A DNA stretch of 64,000 nt. Origin: Amoebidium appalachense. Its lineage: Eukaryota; Protista; Ichthyosporea. The notes under the pieces were generated by a model. That model saw only the letters and a list, made by a program, of their open reading frames with translations. It had not been told where the DNA came from and did no database searches. This document shows positions 14,399 through 41,446 of this stretch, piece after piece. Made by a program: the position numbers and the translations under genes. The stretch is taken from positions 20,654,125 to 20,718,124 of the forward strand of contig CAVNZM010000001.1 in NCBI GenBank assembly GCA_963693365.1, read 5' to 3'. The first letter of the stretch is position 1. Each line of letters starts with the position of its first letter.

Positions 14399-14921
14399 CC
14401 CACCACCACCACCACCACCACCACCAAAAAAAAAAAATAAAAAAAAATCACACACACACACGCGCGCGCACATGCCCCTCACCCTCACCCTCAGACTCAA
14501 ACTCCCTCAAGAACCCACGGACAATACTCACATGCACACCCAGCCATGCACCATCCCCATCCACCCATCACCCCCAAGACTACGTATGCAGCAATGGGGG
14601 TGCACGCTGGTTTCTGGCTTGGTCCGTGCATGTGTTGTTCTGTGATGATGGGTTTCATGTGGGCATCCTGGTACATAAGAGTGAGCGTGTGTTTTCAAGA
14701 AGATGCGGGGGGGGGGGGGGGGGGGGAGGGGGGGGGGGGGAGGGGGGGGAGGGGGGGGGGGGTCATACACCTGCTGACTGAACACCACGACCCGCAGGCA
14801 ACCTGTGCACGAGGGCTTGATGACGTCACTGGGTCAGCTGGGGATGGGGGGGCCACAGACGGCCGATAGACTGAAGGACATTTATGTGGCCATGCGCACG
14901 GGTATACACACTACAGACTAG
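567..14921 (+). CDS. FAAP100: Fanconi anemia core complex-associated protein 100 homolog, 9 exons (~770 aa)
   Basis: Phase-consistent GT-AG exons: 567-634 (less certain), 8009-8117, 8950-9090, 9999-10068, 10434-10870, 11507-12604, 13156-13324, 14074-14170, 14798-14921. Motifs collinear with recalled human FAAP100: LQEPVVSI~LEEPVIFI, LVAVGAGGQM~LVAFGHHGRM, YDIPGPVV~YCLPGPVL, HATPTSL~HSTPSDL, coiled coil LARLLRELG~IKELLSGIG, THTFPMGGLARGGTWEVDVPL~TYTIPVDQLGPGARREVTLPL, HVVDVL~HTVDML, C-terminal TADRLKDIYVAMR~TAQRLLQVYRQLR. Confidence 0.85.
2200..7650 (-). pseudogene. Decayed multi-exon gene or transposon cargo, antisense inside FAAP100 intron 1
   Basis: Several exon-like, protein-like blocks broken by stops, e.g. 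DSVAIDKWVKLEAIL*QSEYFRASFLKNFIRHLK|GT (~6560-6690), PSLLWFRAAYCIFKEVARE (~6360-6420), YPPHLAHTFLRACCAISSTLDVEMALY (~6950-7030), VFAKFARAKLKQIVQKLYQDPN|GT (~2775-2840). Family not identified. Confidence 0.45.
13553..13795. repeat. 27-bp minisatellite (~9 degenerate copies) in FAAP100 intron 7
   Basis: Unit CACTTGTGAGCATAATAGATGCACACC repeated in tandem. Confidence 0.85.
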
Positions 14922-15668
14922 GGTGTGGTATGATATACATACAATACTAGGGTGCTAACGGGCATACAGGCTGCAGACTATGGTGATTGTGTTTGCTGCT
15001 GAATGAATACATGGGAATATGCGGCATATATATAACCCTGCTGGGTAGTGTCAAGGCGTGCAGTTGCCCAGGCCTGTGGCCAAGCAGACGTACAAATTCA
15101 TGAATGTAATGCGCATGCATGAACTGAAGCTTCAAGCACATGAAAACACTGCAATAATAAAAAAACAAAAAAAGTAGGAATGTCGGATCCCAGCACCGTG
15201 TGCGATGCTGGAGCACCTGCCTGTGGGCCGTGACCTGCTAGCCTTTATGCCCATATATGGTGATGATTACGCTGCTGTCATGTCTGCGGCTAGTCGTAGT
15301 GCACGTGCGCACAGAAGAAGGGGGGGAGGCTACTATACATGTAACCCTGATTGTTGCTCTTTACATTACTTGCATGGACTGTACATGGCAATACAACCAA
15401 ACAAGCCTTGCCAGCAGGCCATGGTACAGGCACATACAACATCAGTCCTTCGTACACCACATAGCCTTGCATTGATTGCAGTTAGGCCTCATATCAGTCA
15501 CCAACCATTCGTAGGTCATAAATCAATGATCAAAGTAATGTTCGACAAATATACAGTTGAAAGTTTCCACTCACTATTTCTAAATTCATTCATACCGCGA
15601 TACAATCAACATTCTCCCCATCTAGCATCCTAACCCCATACGATATGAACATAATCCCACACCACACC

Positions 15669-28397
<12,729 letters not shown>

Positions 28398-28899
28398 TCT
28401 CGCCACCTGGCTGTCACACTGTAGCGGTGCTGAGACTCTGTTACAAAACACCTCAGCACGGCATGACAAAAGAGAGACTAGATGTGATAGTCGAAGTCTT
28501 TGCTATGTGTCTTGCTGACTGCACCCTTTACCCTTCGCCTCTAGGGTATGCATTATAACTATTCTGCGACCCTCAGTTGCCAGAGCAACTTTCTTTCTTA
28601 TCTTCAAGGGCGGAAACGGTGCAAAACTCGAAAGTGCCAACCTTGCCTTTCGATATCGTGTTCGCCGGAGCCTCGGTCCGCGGAGCTGATGTGCAGTGAC
28701 TGCATACCAGGGCTACCACAAATTCCATTTCAATGTGTATGAACAGATATGAACTGCATGATATCTGGTGACAATATTGTTATAATATATATAGTATAAA
28801 CATGCCAAGGGAAACAGTTGGAATAAAGGACACCAGCATGTACATAAGTACATAATAACTTCTTGTTTTAGCGTAGAGATACGAGTCACGAGTATCTTG

Positions 28900-29460
28900 A
28901 TTGGCCAATCTGTCGAGGGTGTTGATATTTGAAGCCCTGGATGTTCACACCCATGCGATTACGCAATCCCTGGCTCACGGTCCCGGATGAGCTGAGCTGC
29001 AGCGCACTGCTCGGCGTTTTCCGGCTCAGAGGGCCGCGGCTCAGCGGCAGCGCACGGTGGTGGCGATCCATTTGAAAGCTTTGGCAAAACGAAACAGTTG
29101 TTGTATTTTCTAGAATTCTGGAGCCTGGGTAAGTAAAGCAGGCAGTTAGGCCTGAAGGTATCGTATGCTTTTTGCCTTCAAAATTTGTGGGAAGGAGGAG
29201 GACGTGGTTGTTGGGCAGACCCAAGCCGCCCCCCTTGAGCCAATGTAGATAGTATAGCCAGGCAGGTGGCCCCGCGGCCGTGGATGGGGGTGGGGTGGGT
29301 CTTGATATATAGATCTTGGCTGACAAGTTGGGTGGGCCTTGAACTTGGGCTGGCGCACGTGCATCACAGCCCGTTTGCGGCCAAACGGTTATTTTCCCTG
29401 CGTGTCTTCTTTTTGGGTGGCTTGTGGGGGCTCAGCAAACCCGCCTTCCTCGATTTGCCT
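28900..29460 (-). mobile_element. Copy 1 of a dispersed decayed coding repeat family
   Basis: Homologous to 46480-46810 and 35785-35920: shared CACCTGCCTGGCT...GGCTCAAGGGGGGC...GTCTGCCCA. The exact 16-mer GCGATTACGCAATCCC occurs at 28955 and 46541. Confidence 0.6.
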
Positions 29461-29550
29461 CCAAATTTCCAATTCAGGAAAGGCTCCCCCCCCCCCCCCC
29501 CCCCCCCCCACGGGGCCCCTTCTCTCCTAGCTCTCTCTCACCGAGTCCCA

Positions 29551-29670
<120 letters not shown>

Positions 29671-29804
29671 CCAGGCCCCCCCCCCCCCCCCCCCCCCACC
29701 ATTCTCCCTTTTCCTCTCTCTCACTCATACACACTCTCTCTTTATCTTATTGTTCATTTACCGAGGCTCTCACGCTCGCCCCTCCCACCCCACCCTCCCC
29801 TTTG

Positions 29805-29953
<149 letters not shown>

Positions 29954-29971
29954 TTCTCTCTCACACACACA

Positions 29972-30064
<93 letters not shown>

Positions 30065-30452
30065 TCTCTCTCCATTTCTCGCTCTCTCTTTTTCCGATCT
30101 CTCTCTCTGCTTCTCTCTCTATTTATTTCCCCTCTCCTCTCTCTCCCTCCCCCCCCCCCCCCCCCCTCTCTCTCCCTCCCCCCTCCCCCCCCCCTCCCCC
30201 CACCTCCCTTTCTCTATCACTCTCGATCCCCTTTTCCCCCCCCCCCCCGCCCCCTCGCGGCCTCGCTTTCTATCTCGCGTCTGACCCTCTTCCTCACCCC
30301 CACCCCCTCCCCTTCCGTCCTGTTACAGTATCCTTTTCTTGCTCGGTCCTATATTAACTCTTGCTCCTTTCACTATCATTCATGTACGTATGTATGCACA
30401 CACACAAAAGTTGCACCCACGGTTGCACGCACTGTGTACCTAATTATTAACG

Positions 30453-30488
<36 letters not shown>

Positions 30489-30555
30489 AACACACACACA
30501 CCAGTGTGCATACAGGTCCGTGCACACAAACACACACACACACACACACACCGTG

Positions 30556-30608
<53 letters not shown>

Positions 30609-31625
30609 AACACACACCGTGACACATACACACACACACACACACACGCACGCGGCAGGAGGGGAAATGAGTTAGAAGTTAATGTTGGAAAGGAGAGGGG
30701 CAGGGGGATTGTGTATGTGTGCACATTGCCAGTGCATGATGTCAAACCCGTCGGGGGTTAGGACTCCTGACGAGATTGTGAGCTAACAACTTGACTTGGA
30801 CTGAATCGGGAATGTTTGGAATCTGGCCATGCTGCGGGAAACTTTCTGAAGGGTGACATGGTGGGAAGTGGTCGAAGCTGGTCGAGGGCAGAGTAGGAGA
30901 GGGGGAGGATGGGGGGAGGGGTGGGTTGGGAGTATGTAGGTTAGAGAGAGAGAGAGGAAGAGAGGAACCGGAGACGGTGTGTGAGCGGAGGATTCCGAAA
31001 CGGAGCAACGGAGAAATAGAGTTAGTTGTCGAAATTTTTAGAACAAAGCCAAGTTGGACGTTTCGCGTTTCAGATACTGTATACCACTGTATACATGATG
31101 CGAAAGATTGCTAATGGGTCGCGTTTATTAGAATGTCAGCGCAAGAAAGTGAATGGGGAATGACTTTTTGGAGATGAAATGTCATGCGGGAGAATTTTGT
31201 GTGTGTATTGTGCTGGTGTGTGTGTGTGTGTGTGTGCGCGTGTTTTTTTTTTTTTTTTTTTTTTTGTTTTTGGGGGGGGGGAGGGGGGAGGGGGGGAGGT
31301 AAGGAGGGGGAGGATGGGAGGAAGCAGTTGAGAGGGGGAAGGAGGGGGGGGGGGGGGGGGGGGAGTCATTTTTGTGGGGTTATATATTTGTGTGCACTGG
31401 TTGAGATCATCCGGGGGGAAGGGGGGGGGGGGGGGGGGGGGGGGGAGGGGGAGAGTGTTAGAAGGATGGTAACCGTTGGGAGCCTCAGTTATGAAAGGCC
31501 TTGAGTCTTGTGAACTTGACGGTCATACAGGACTTGGGGGAGGGGGGAATGAGAAATGCAGAGGGCCCCGGGGAGCCTCGGAGAAGGAAAGTTTTTATAG
31601 TTATGGCCCGGGGGTCGGAGAGAGG

Positions 31626-31667
<42 letters not shown>

Positions 31668-31830
31668 TGGGGGAAGGAGGAGTTAGGGAATTGAACCTGC
31701 AGACTGGGTTCTACGCGGGTGCGCACCACTAACTCACTAAATCACTAATATGGGAGGAGGAGGATTCGGGGGGAGACGCATGCAGTTCACGGTGTCTGGT
31801 GTACAGTAGATGTGATTTAGCTAGGTCTCT

Positions 31831-32364
<534 letters not shown>

Positions 32365-33679
32365 CTCCCTCTCTCCCTCTCCCCCCCCCCCCCCTCTCCC
32401 TCTATCCCTCCCTCCCTCTCTATCAGTCCGAGAGTTTTTATGGCGTTTTCGAAAGGATGGGTTGATACAAAAAAAAACTTTACCATCTTCCTGGAAATCG
32501 GTCCCCCGACCCTGCAGACTGCAGTCAGCTGGTCAAGCTGATCGGAATGCAAAGTTTAATCTTCGAAATGTTTGGTATGTAGCTTCGAAGTTCCCATGGC
32601 ATCGTAACGATACAAGAGGCCTGGTGATGATGACTTGGCGTGAAGCTTTGCGATTTTCACTGCACATTGTTCGTTCGTTTTACTTACATGTGTGCGAAAA
32701 GTTGGGGTACACAACGGGTCACCTGCAACAGCCAATTTATCGGCATCGCATCACCAAGCCAATAGGCTCATGTTCACGTTTGTAGCCTATTTAGGCTATT
32801 TGTAGCCGCTCCCAAAAACAAACCAAGTATATACAAGATAAGCGTTTAAAAAATGAGCGGATTCATCACGCGTCAGACCACTAGTACTGGGTACACGACA
32901 CAAGAGTGCCCAAGTGTGTCCATACCGTGCTCGTTGGTGTGTCACAACCTGGTTCACCCATCTTGTTGCATTCCTACACCCAATACAAGGTGGGAAACGA
33001 CAGGCACATTCTCTTACCTTCTCTTGGGCTCCCCCATCCCCCCCCCCCCATCCCCCCCCTCCCCCCCCCCCCCCCCCCCGGCCCGGGCCGGGGTGCAGAC
33101 GTCGAGTCGACTCGACACCGATTCGGTAGGTGTATATTATGTACACTGTAGTATGTACATGTCTTCAATAGAGATAAAGTGTAATAATACTACTAGCGGG
33201 GCATGAATCACTGCAGTTGCCCAAAAAAAGGATAGGAGAGAGGGGTCGATGAAATTCGTCACCCTGAAACCTTATTTTTGCCATGGCCATTGCAACTACA
33301 TTGGTTAAAATCAGGGTGACAAATGTTTAACTTTTCAGAGACTCTCAGAGCCTCCGTGTAGCCAACAGCCAGGCAGCTACACTGCAGCATGCTTGCCACG
33401 TGAGTGTTCACGCTACCAACAGCAGCTGCCACAGCTATTCATATGCAGAGCTCCATCCTATACAAAGTGTACACAAAAACATATTCTAACCGAGATTAGG
33501 CACACATCACCGTGGGGCCGAACTTACTGCATTGTTTATCCAGATTATTTACAACCCTACCATATGGTATGTAGCAGTGAATAGCCGATCTTTCACAGCC
33601 ACAAAAGCACGCACGGTACCGTGGCCGAGCACTCAGTCAGTCAGTGGACTGTATTTACCCTGTTTGGCACCGTGAAAAC

Positions 33680-34506
33680 ATGAAGGTAGTGTGTCTCCTC
33701 AGCGCAGCCCTCCTGCTTGTTGGCCTCGCGGGCAGCACGCAGGCGTCGCCGGCGTCGGGCAGGGGCGTGAAGGCGCAGCTACGGGGGACTGAGCGAGAGC
33801 TGGCACACATCAAGACGGAGCTGGAAGACCTTGAGGAAGACACCGAGGTAGCGTGGCCTAACAGTGCTCTTTCAACTTACAACACTATCTCAGCCCTAGC
33901 TGCCCGGGCTATGTGGCGGGACACAACATTCGCCGGAATCGTGGCAGTAGGCTAACGTCAGTCGCACTTCTTGAAAAACCCAATCATGAGTCACCTTGAA
34001 GACCAAAACAAAAAGTTGAACATCCTCGGACGCAAAAACAAAAAAGAAACAACACAAATATAAAAAAACTGCTAGTTCCAGTAGATTACCACCACTAAAT
34101 CTCACAACAACAATCAACTCGAACATCCCGGGCACAAAAACCGAATAAATCACACGTGTACATATCCTGGACCACGATAATAACCCCTATAGGTTCCTGG
34201 ATTCCTGGACCAGTAGGTTATAAACACTGCAATTGGCAAAAACGCAAAGCTAGGCCACTGATATATCGGACTCCGAATCATTTTCAAGACTCGACATGTA
34301 CCAGCTGCTTCTCGTGATCAAAGTATTCTCTTTCACACCGTATGGTGGCCCAACGGTTACGGTACATATACTCTGCATGGTCATGATCGAACCATGTGCA
34401 CTGTACAAATATATAACGGCATAGCAACAAGGCCGTCATGCCTCATGTATGGTCGTTTTCATAAACATAATTATCATCCCCATTCTAGCCAGGGCCTGCT
34501 TTCGAG

Positions 34507-34562
<56 letters not shown>

Positions 34563-35016
34563 AAAACAGTTTCTGTGTTGTGTTCTTGCCCCACGGTGAC
34601 GTCCGTGACACTCAGTCTGCAGATTGTCGTTTTAGGCACTTTAGGTTGGATCGAGGGGAGTAACTGCATGTGAACTGGACCGCTTCAAATTCTTATAAGG
34701 TGTTGCTATTTGAAAAGTGAATGTGTCCAACTAACTTATCAAGGAGCAGGTTGCAGGGTTCAAGGATGTGTCGGCACTCCAAGAGCCTGGCGACAATTCA
34801 GACATCATTTCCATGTTGCGGAAGATTTTTTACCGCTTTGACTCGGACGGCGACGGCACCATGACCAAGAAGGAACTCGACGCAATGTTGCGGTCAGATG
34901 GTTATAACCTCACCGATCAAGAGCTGGATGAACTGATTCTTCGATACGACATTGACTACATCGGAACGTTGGATTTGCCCGAGTTTTTGAATCTGATGTT
35001 ACCGGAGTTCGAATGA
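33680..35016 (+). CDS. Putative secreted calmodulin-like EF-hand protein (2 exons); probable premature stop or pseudogenised 3' end
   Basis: Exon 33680-33847: MKVVCLLSAALLLVGLAGSTQA (signal peptide) plus an acidic coiled-coil-like stretch, donor GTAGCG. CTAAC branch site at 34731 and CAG acceptor lead to in-frame exon 34750-35016 with EF-hands FYRFDSDGDGTMTKKEL and YDIDYIGTLDLPEFL. After the TGA the same frame continues FRKFDLGLNGNVSAIEPRTVVATLGQKPTDQE (calmodulin EF3-like). Confidence 0.7.
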
Positions 35017-35159
35017 AGGGCATGGGGGCCAGCCAGCCGTTTGGTGAGGAAGTTCCGCAAATTTGACCTGGGTTTAAATGGCAACGTCAGCGCCATTGAG
35101 CCTAGGACGGTCGTGGCGACCCTCGGACAGAAGCCCACCGACCAGGAGGCCTTAGATCA

Positions 35160-35660
35160 GACACACACACCCAACACACACACAGCCATCATGCCCAAAC
35201 TGCAGACACGCCCACAGAAACAACCAACCATGTAACACTCGACTCCTAGACCCGGTCCATTACAACGTAGCCACCCGCTACAACACCATATTCTGCTAGA
35301 TAGCAACCCACCACCGCCAGACCCCACCATACATCCATATCCCTAGTAAACCCCGCCCGCACCACACCACACATTCCACCACTTTAGAAGAACCAATGAG
35401 AGCCCAGTTTTAAAGTTTATTCGTAGGTCTTGAGTGGAGGGGAAGCCTGGTGCTACCCACCGGCTTGGCTGGGGTGAATACCCTGCCAGTGGGCTAAGTG
35501 TGGGCAAATAGTTAGGATTGTTAAGGGTGTGTTAGCTTAGTTATTATCATACCGTAGAACCCTAGCTAGAACACTGTCGGTGCTGGCCCAGTGATCGTTC
35601 CCTCATTGAGGGCCCCGAGGGGTCCTCAAGGACTAAAACGGGATAAAAAAAACAAAAAAA
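35160..35660 (+). mobile_element. 5'-truncated non-LTR retrotransposon (LINE) 3' end
   Basis: Frameshifted remnant of the LINE C-terminal CCHC knuckle (SCPNC...PTETTNHVTLD) and VLKFIRRS. 3' hairpin TTGAGGGCCCC-GA-GGGGTCCTCAA followed by AAACGGGAT and an A-rich tail. It begins where the EF-hand similarity stops. Confidence 0.65.
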
Positions 35661-35784
35661 TCGCAGGGCAGACGGTAACCGGGACCTGAGTGTGTGTGTG
35701 TGTGTGTATGTGTGTCACATGGTGGAAAGAGGGTGTGTGTGTGTCGATGTGTGCATGTGTGTGTGTAGAGAGAGACATGGAGAA

Positions 35785-36228
35785 CGGGATGCTGGGCAGA
35801 CTCAAACGGCCCCCCTTGAGCCGTTAAAGCCAGGCAGGTGTCCCCGTTCCTGGGGGTGGGCTGGAAGGGCTGGCACACGTAGCGTAACCGTTTCGGTTTG
35901 CTTGCATGCTTAATTTGTAGGGCTTCAAGTGTGTGGACTGCTCGCATCATCCGATGATACTCGCCCCCTCTTCCCACACCTCCCCGTCCCCCTCCCCCTC
36001 TTTCCTCCCTTCCTCACTGTCCCACCCAACCTCCGAGCGCGGCTGACCTCTCCTCCCTTTCTCCCTCAAACTCCCTCATCCCTCGCCTTCCCTCTTCTCC
36101 CCCCCCCCCCCCCCCCCCACCCACCCACCCACCCACCCCAGTTCCCCCATCTTTCTCTGTATTCCTCTTCCCCCCCATCCCCTCTCCCTCTCTTCTTCCC
36201 CCTCTCTCCCTCAGTCTCTCCCTCTACT

Positions 36229-36240
<12 letters not shown>
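35785..36240 (-). mobile_element. Copy 2 of the dispersed repeat family
   Basis: Near-identical to 46678-47120 (GATGCTGGGCAGACTCAAACGGCCCCCCTTGAGCC...GCATGCTTAATTTGTAGG), followed by (CT)n. Confidence 0.8.
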
Positions 36241-36882
<642 letters not shown>

Positions 36883-36924
36883 TTCACACGTCTCTCTCCC
36901 CGGCCTCTGTTCCCCCCCCCCTCC

Positions 36925-36976
<52 letters not shown>

Positions 36977-37108
36977 GTTGGAATACGTCACAGTGACTAC
37001 GTAGTACAGCAAGAGTCTTGAAGTATGTGTGTGTGTCTTAGCCTTGTTTGTATTCGTGTCTGCTCTTCTTCTTTGTGCTCTCCCCCTTCTCTCCCTTTTG
37101 CTCTTCTC

Positions 37109-37143
<35 letters not shown>

Positions 37144-37539
37144 TGTTCCTCTCTCCCTTGTTTCTGCCGTGCACGGATTTCTGTAGATCTGTGCACACCT
37201 GGCTCCCTTGCCTGATAGGACTTATTGCATTTTATCTGTGTTTGCTCTCCTCTGTTTTTCTGAGAGTAGTGTGATTGGCTAGCTAAATTCGTTGTCTTTG
37301 TTTTAATTCAAAGTAGGATGACTCACCAATAGACACGAGTGAATACATCTATAGATCGTGATATGCATTCCTGTCTATTAATATACATGTTATGATTGGA
37401 CACATTAGATATGTTTGGAATTCGTTTTATCGTGATGTGTCTTCACTTTGAGAGTGTCGACTATTAGGAAGTAAATGTATTTAGATATGTTTCTTTATAG
37501 TCAGAGACGAGTATAACTGATATATATGTGTATTAATAG

Positions 37540-38297
<758 letters not shown>

Positions 38298-38830
38298 AAG
38301 GTTAAAGGCCCATTTTCGCACGCTCTCGCAACACATTTTCTCGCTGCAATCGAAACTATTCAAATTTGAATACTGATCTGATCTCTCTCCCGCGCATCGT
38401 CTAATTGATCGATCAACATGTCGGAGAAGCCTGCGTACCTCAACCTCACCCCCTGGAAAGGGGAGGACACCACGGACAAGAAGTCCGGTAAACGTTTCAC
38501 CTATTATGAGTGGGGACCCGTCATCTTCCGGTACCTGCGTACCACTGGCACCATCGCGGCCAAGTTAGTGCCCGTCATCAAGGCCCCTGAGTGGGTCGAT
38601 CCGTCCGACGAGAACATGTGGCATGGCTATGACACTGAGGAGGCCTACACCAAGGCTTCCAACTTCCTTGAACAGATGTTTACTCAACTCGTCTCCAATG
38701 ATGAGCTGTATAATTCTGGTCAAATTCAAGATGATGTGTCACCTGCCCAAGCTTTCCACAACCTCCGTATGACCTATGCGGCTGAACGTGAAGATCGTGC
38801 TCGTCAAATCCTCCTCGACTACCATGAGCT

Positions 38831-40933
38831 TTTTTTTATTTTATTTTTTATTTTTTAATTTTTTTTTATCCCGTTTCACTCCCGGCGAGGCACTGCCTCA
38901 GGGGAACTTACCGTCTTCCACCTAGACACAGATCGTACTGTATAGCACACTCATAAGTCAGGATTCTAATTGACCCCAACTGGCACTATTTTTAGTTACG
39001 CCTTATCCCACGGTTCTAGCCGCAGCAATGCTAGTGGGGAAGTGAGCACAGCTCACTTTAACAACACCAGCCGGGTGCGACCCGGGACACATACACAAAC
39101 ATAAAGACTTGAAAGGGGAAGACCCCATGCCCAGGACGCTGACCCGAACCGTGGCCGGTGACTCGAATTGGTCTCCCACTTGAACGTTGGGCTGGGATGC
39201 CCAAGCGGCCGGGCGCGCCGTCGACGTCAGAGGGCCGGTGCTGTTCATGACGTCATGTCTTGCGGCCGGATGATAAACACTGCCAGTCCCGCTATAGGAA
39301 AGTAGGTACCTACGAGTGACGACCGGGTTACATTATGAACTGGTAGGGCCGGCCGATGGACGATTTTCACCGATTTTTTGTGGAATGTGTTTTGCTTCTG
39401 TAGGAATGTTGCCCATGCGGCGTGCGGTCCTACACTGCACCGATATTTCGGGTCCGATCCGCGGGGAATCGTGGATCGTGAGCCTCGTATGTTTGGGCTG
39501 AACCGCACGCACCTGCGGGCTAGCACTTGATTGGTTTGGGCCGCACCCAGGAATGCGATCGAGGCACACATCCTTTGATGCTTGAACTGACACGTGCCAG
39601 TCGGCAACGATTACAGTAGTGCAGGTGAATGTGCGTGACCAAGAGCAAGCACGCAAGGAGTCTTAAGTTTCGCGCACGCTACCGTAGTCAAACTGCGTGC
39701 GCCGCTCTGTCAACTTTGTCATTGCAACAGAGGTTGTAACATAGAGTCATTATTTCCTTTCCAACCAGGTCATCTGCCGCGGAGGACTTCCTTTCCTTTG
39801 TCATAAGTCCACTCCTGTTGTTCTCGAAGTTCAAATCGTTTGTCAGTTACATACAAGACGTTGTGTGTTTTTTTTGACACCCTTTTTTAATATCTCTACT
39901 TCTGCGTTCAATTCGAACCGTGCTACCTTCTATGTTTTTAAATTAAAAATGGCGGCGAAACATTCTGGACGTGTGCACTCCTTGCCACAACAGGCAGGTT
40001 AGTTTTACCCCCCCCCCCCCCCCCCCCCCCCCCCCGGCCCCCTCCCCGCCCCTACTCTGAAGTCCGCAGCCTCCTTCCCTCCCTCTTCGCCTCTCCACCC
40101 TCTCTCTTCCTGCCCTCGCGCTGTACTGGCACGCCTGCAAGGCCAGTGTTTGATCTTCGTTTAGGACTGCTGTTCATCTTTAAATTTCTCTTCATTGACT
40201 CCTTTCCTTTTTTTTTTCAACACATGGCTTTCATTCTTGCATCGGGAAGGAGTCTTTTTATGGTGTTTGTGTTTGTGTATGCATGTATTCGAGCCCATAC
40301 AGGTATTTTCAGGCCAGTGAGTTTTGCACTTTGGACATGCCTCTCCTTTGCATGCATTCATGGCTTTATAATGAAACGATAATAATGTGTACCCAAGCCT
40401 TGCCTAAACATTCATGCACGTCTTAATACCATACGTTATCCATAGAAATACATGCTAAATTTTTCTTACTTTACTACACACAATATCACACACACGTACA
40501 CACACACACACACACACACACCAAAAACACGCCACTCTACACCTGTGTGCACCGTGCCTGTGTCAGTGGGTGGCTGTGATGCTTTAAAGTTGAAGGGCAG
40601 CTTGGTAGCCGGGCGGTAGAGAATGGTGTGTGCCCGTGTGTGTTGTGTTAGTAGGGGATGGGAGGGAAAGGGACGGACGGGAAGACGGAGGTGGGGAGGG
40701 GGGGGGGGGGGGGGGGAAGGGAGGGGGGTGGTACTGGTGTAAGTGGGGGCGGGCGGGCGGGGGGGGGGGGGGGGGGTGGTTAAAGGTTAGGTTTGCTTCG
40801 TTATTGTGGCATATATGTGTTTGCAGTATCTTTTTGTGTGTGTTTGTTTATTTTTGTAGAAGAAGATGTAGGTGTTTGTCCGTACACGTATGCACATGTT
40901 TGTAGACGTTCATATGACAAACAGTCACATGTA

Positions 40934-41020
<87 letters not shown>

Positions 41021-41245
41021 CCATCCATCCATCCATCCGTTGTGCCCCCTTCTGCATGTTTCCTACATGATGATCCCCTTCTCGATCCAGGCCCCTTCTT
41101 TTTCTAACCTTTTCCTCCTTCTCTTCCTGCTTCCCTTTCTTCTTCTCTTATTCTTGCCCTTTCACCTTCTCCCCCCCCCCCCCCCCCCCCCCCCCCGGTT
41201 CCCGACCAGATAAAACAACCCTCCCCCCCCCACACACACACCCAC

Positions 41246-41277
<32 letters not shown>

Positions 41278-41289
41278 TCTATCTCCCTT

Positions 41290-41357
<68 letters not shown>

Positions 41358-41415
41358 CTCTCTCTTTCTCTCCCTCTCTCTCTCCTCTCTCTTCTCCTTT
41401 CTCGTCTCGATCCCC

Positions 41416-41446
<31 letters not shown>

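Noticed and set aside
33101-33325. 16-bp palindrome GTCGAGTCGACTCGAC and inverted repeat GTCACCCTGA/TCAGGGTGAC as transposon termini
   Set aside because: They are short, and no matching partner ends or TSDs were found in the window.
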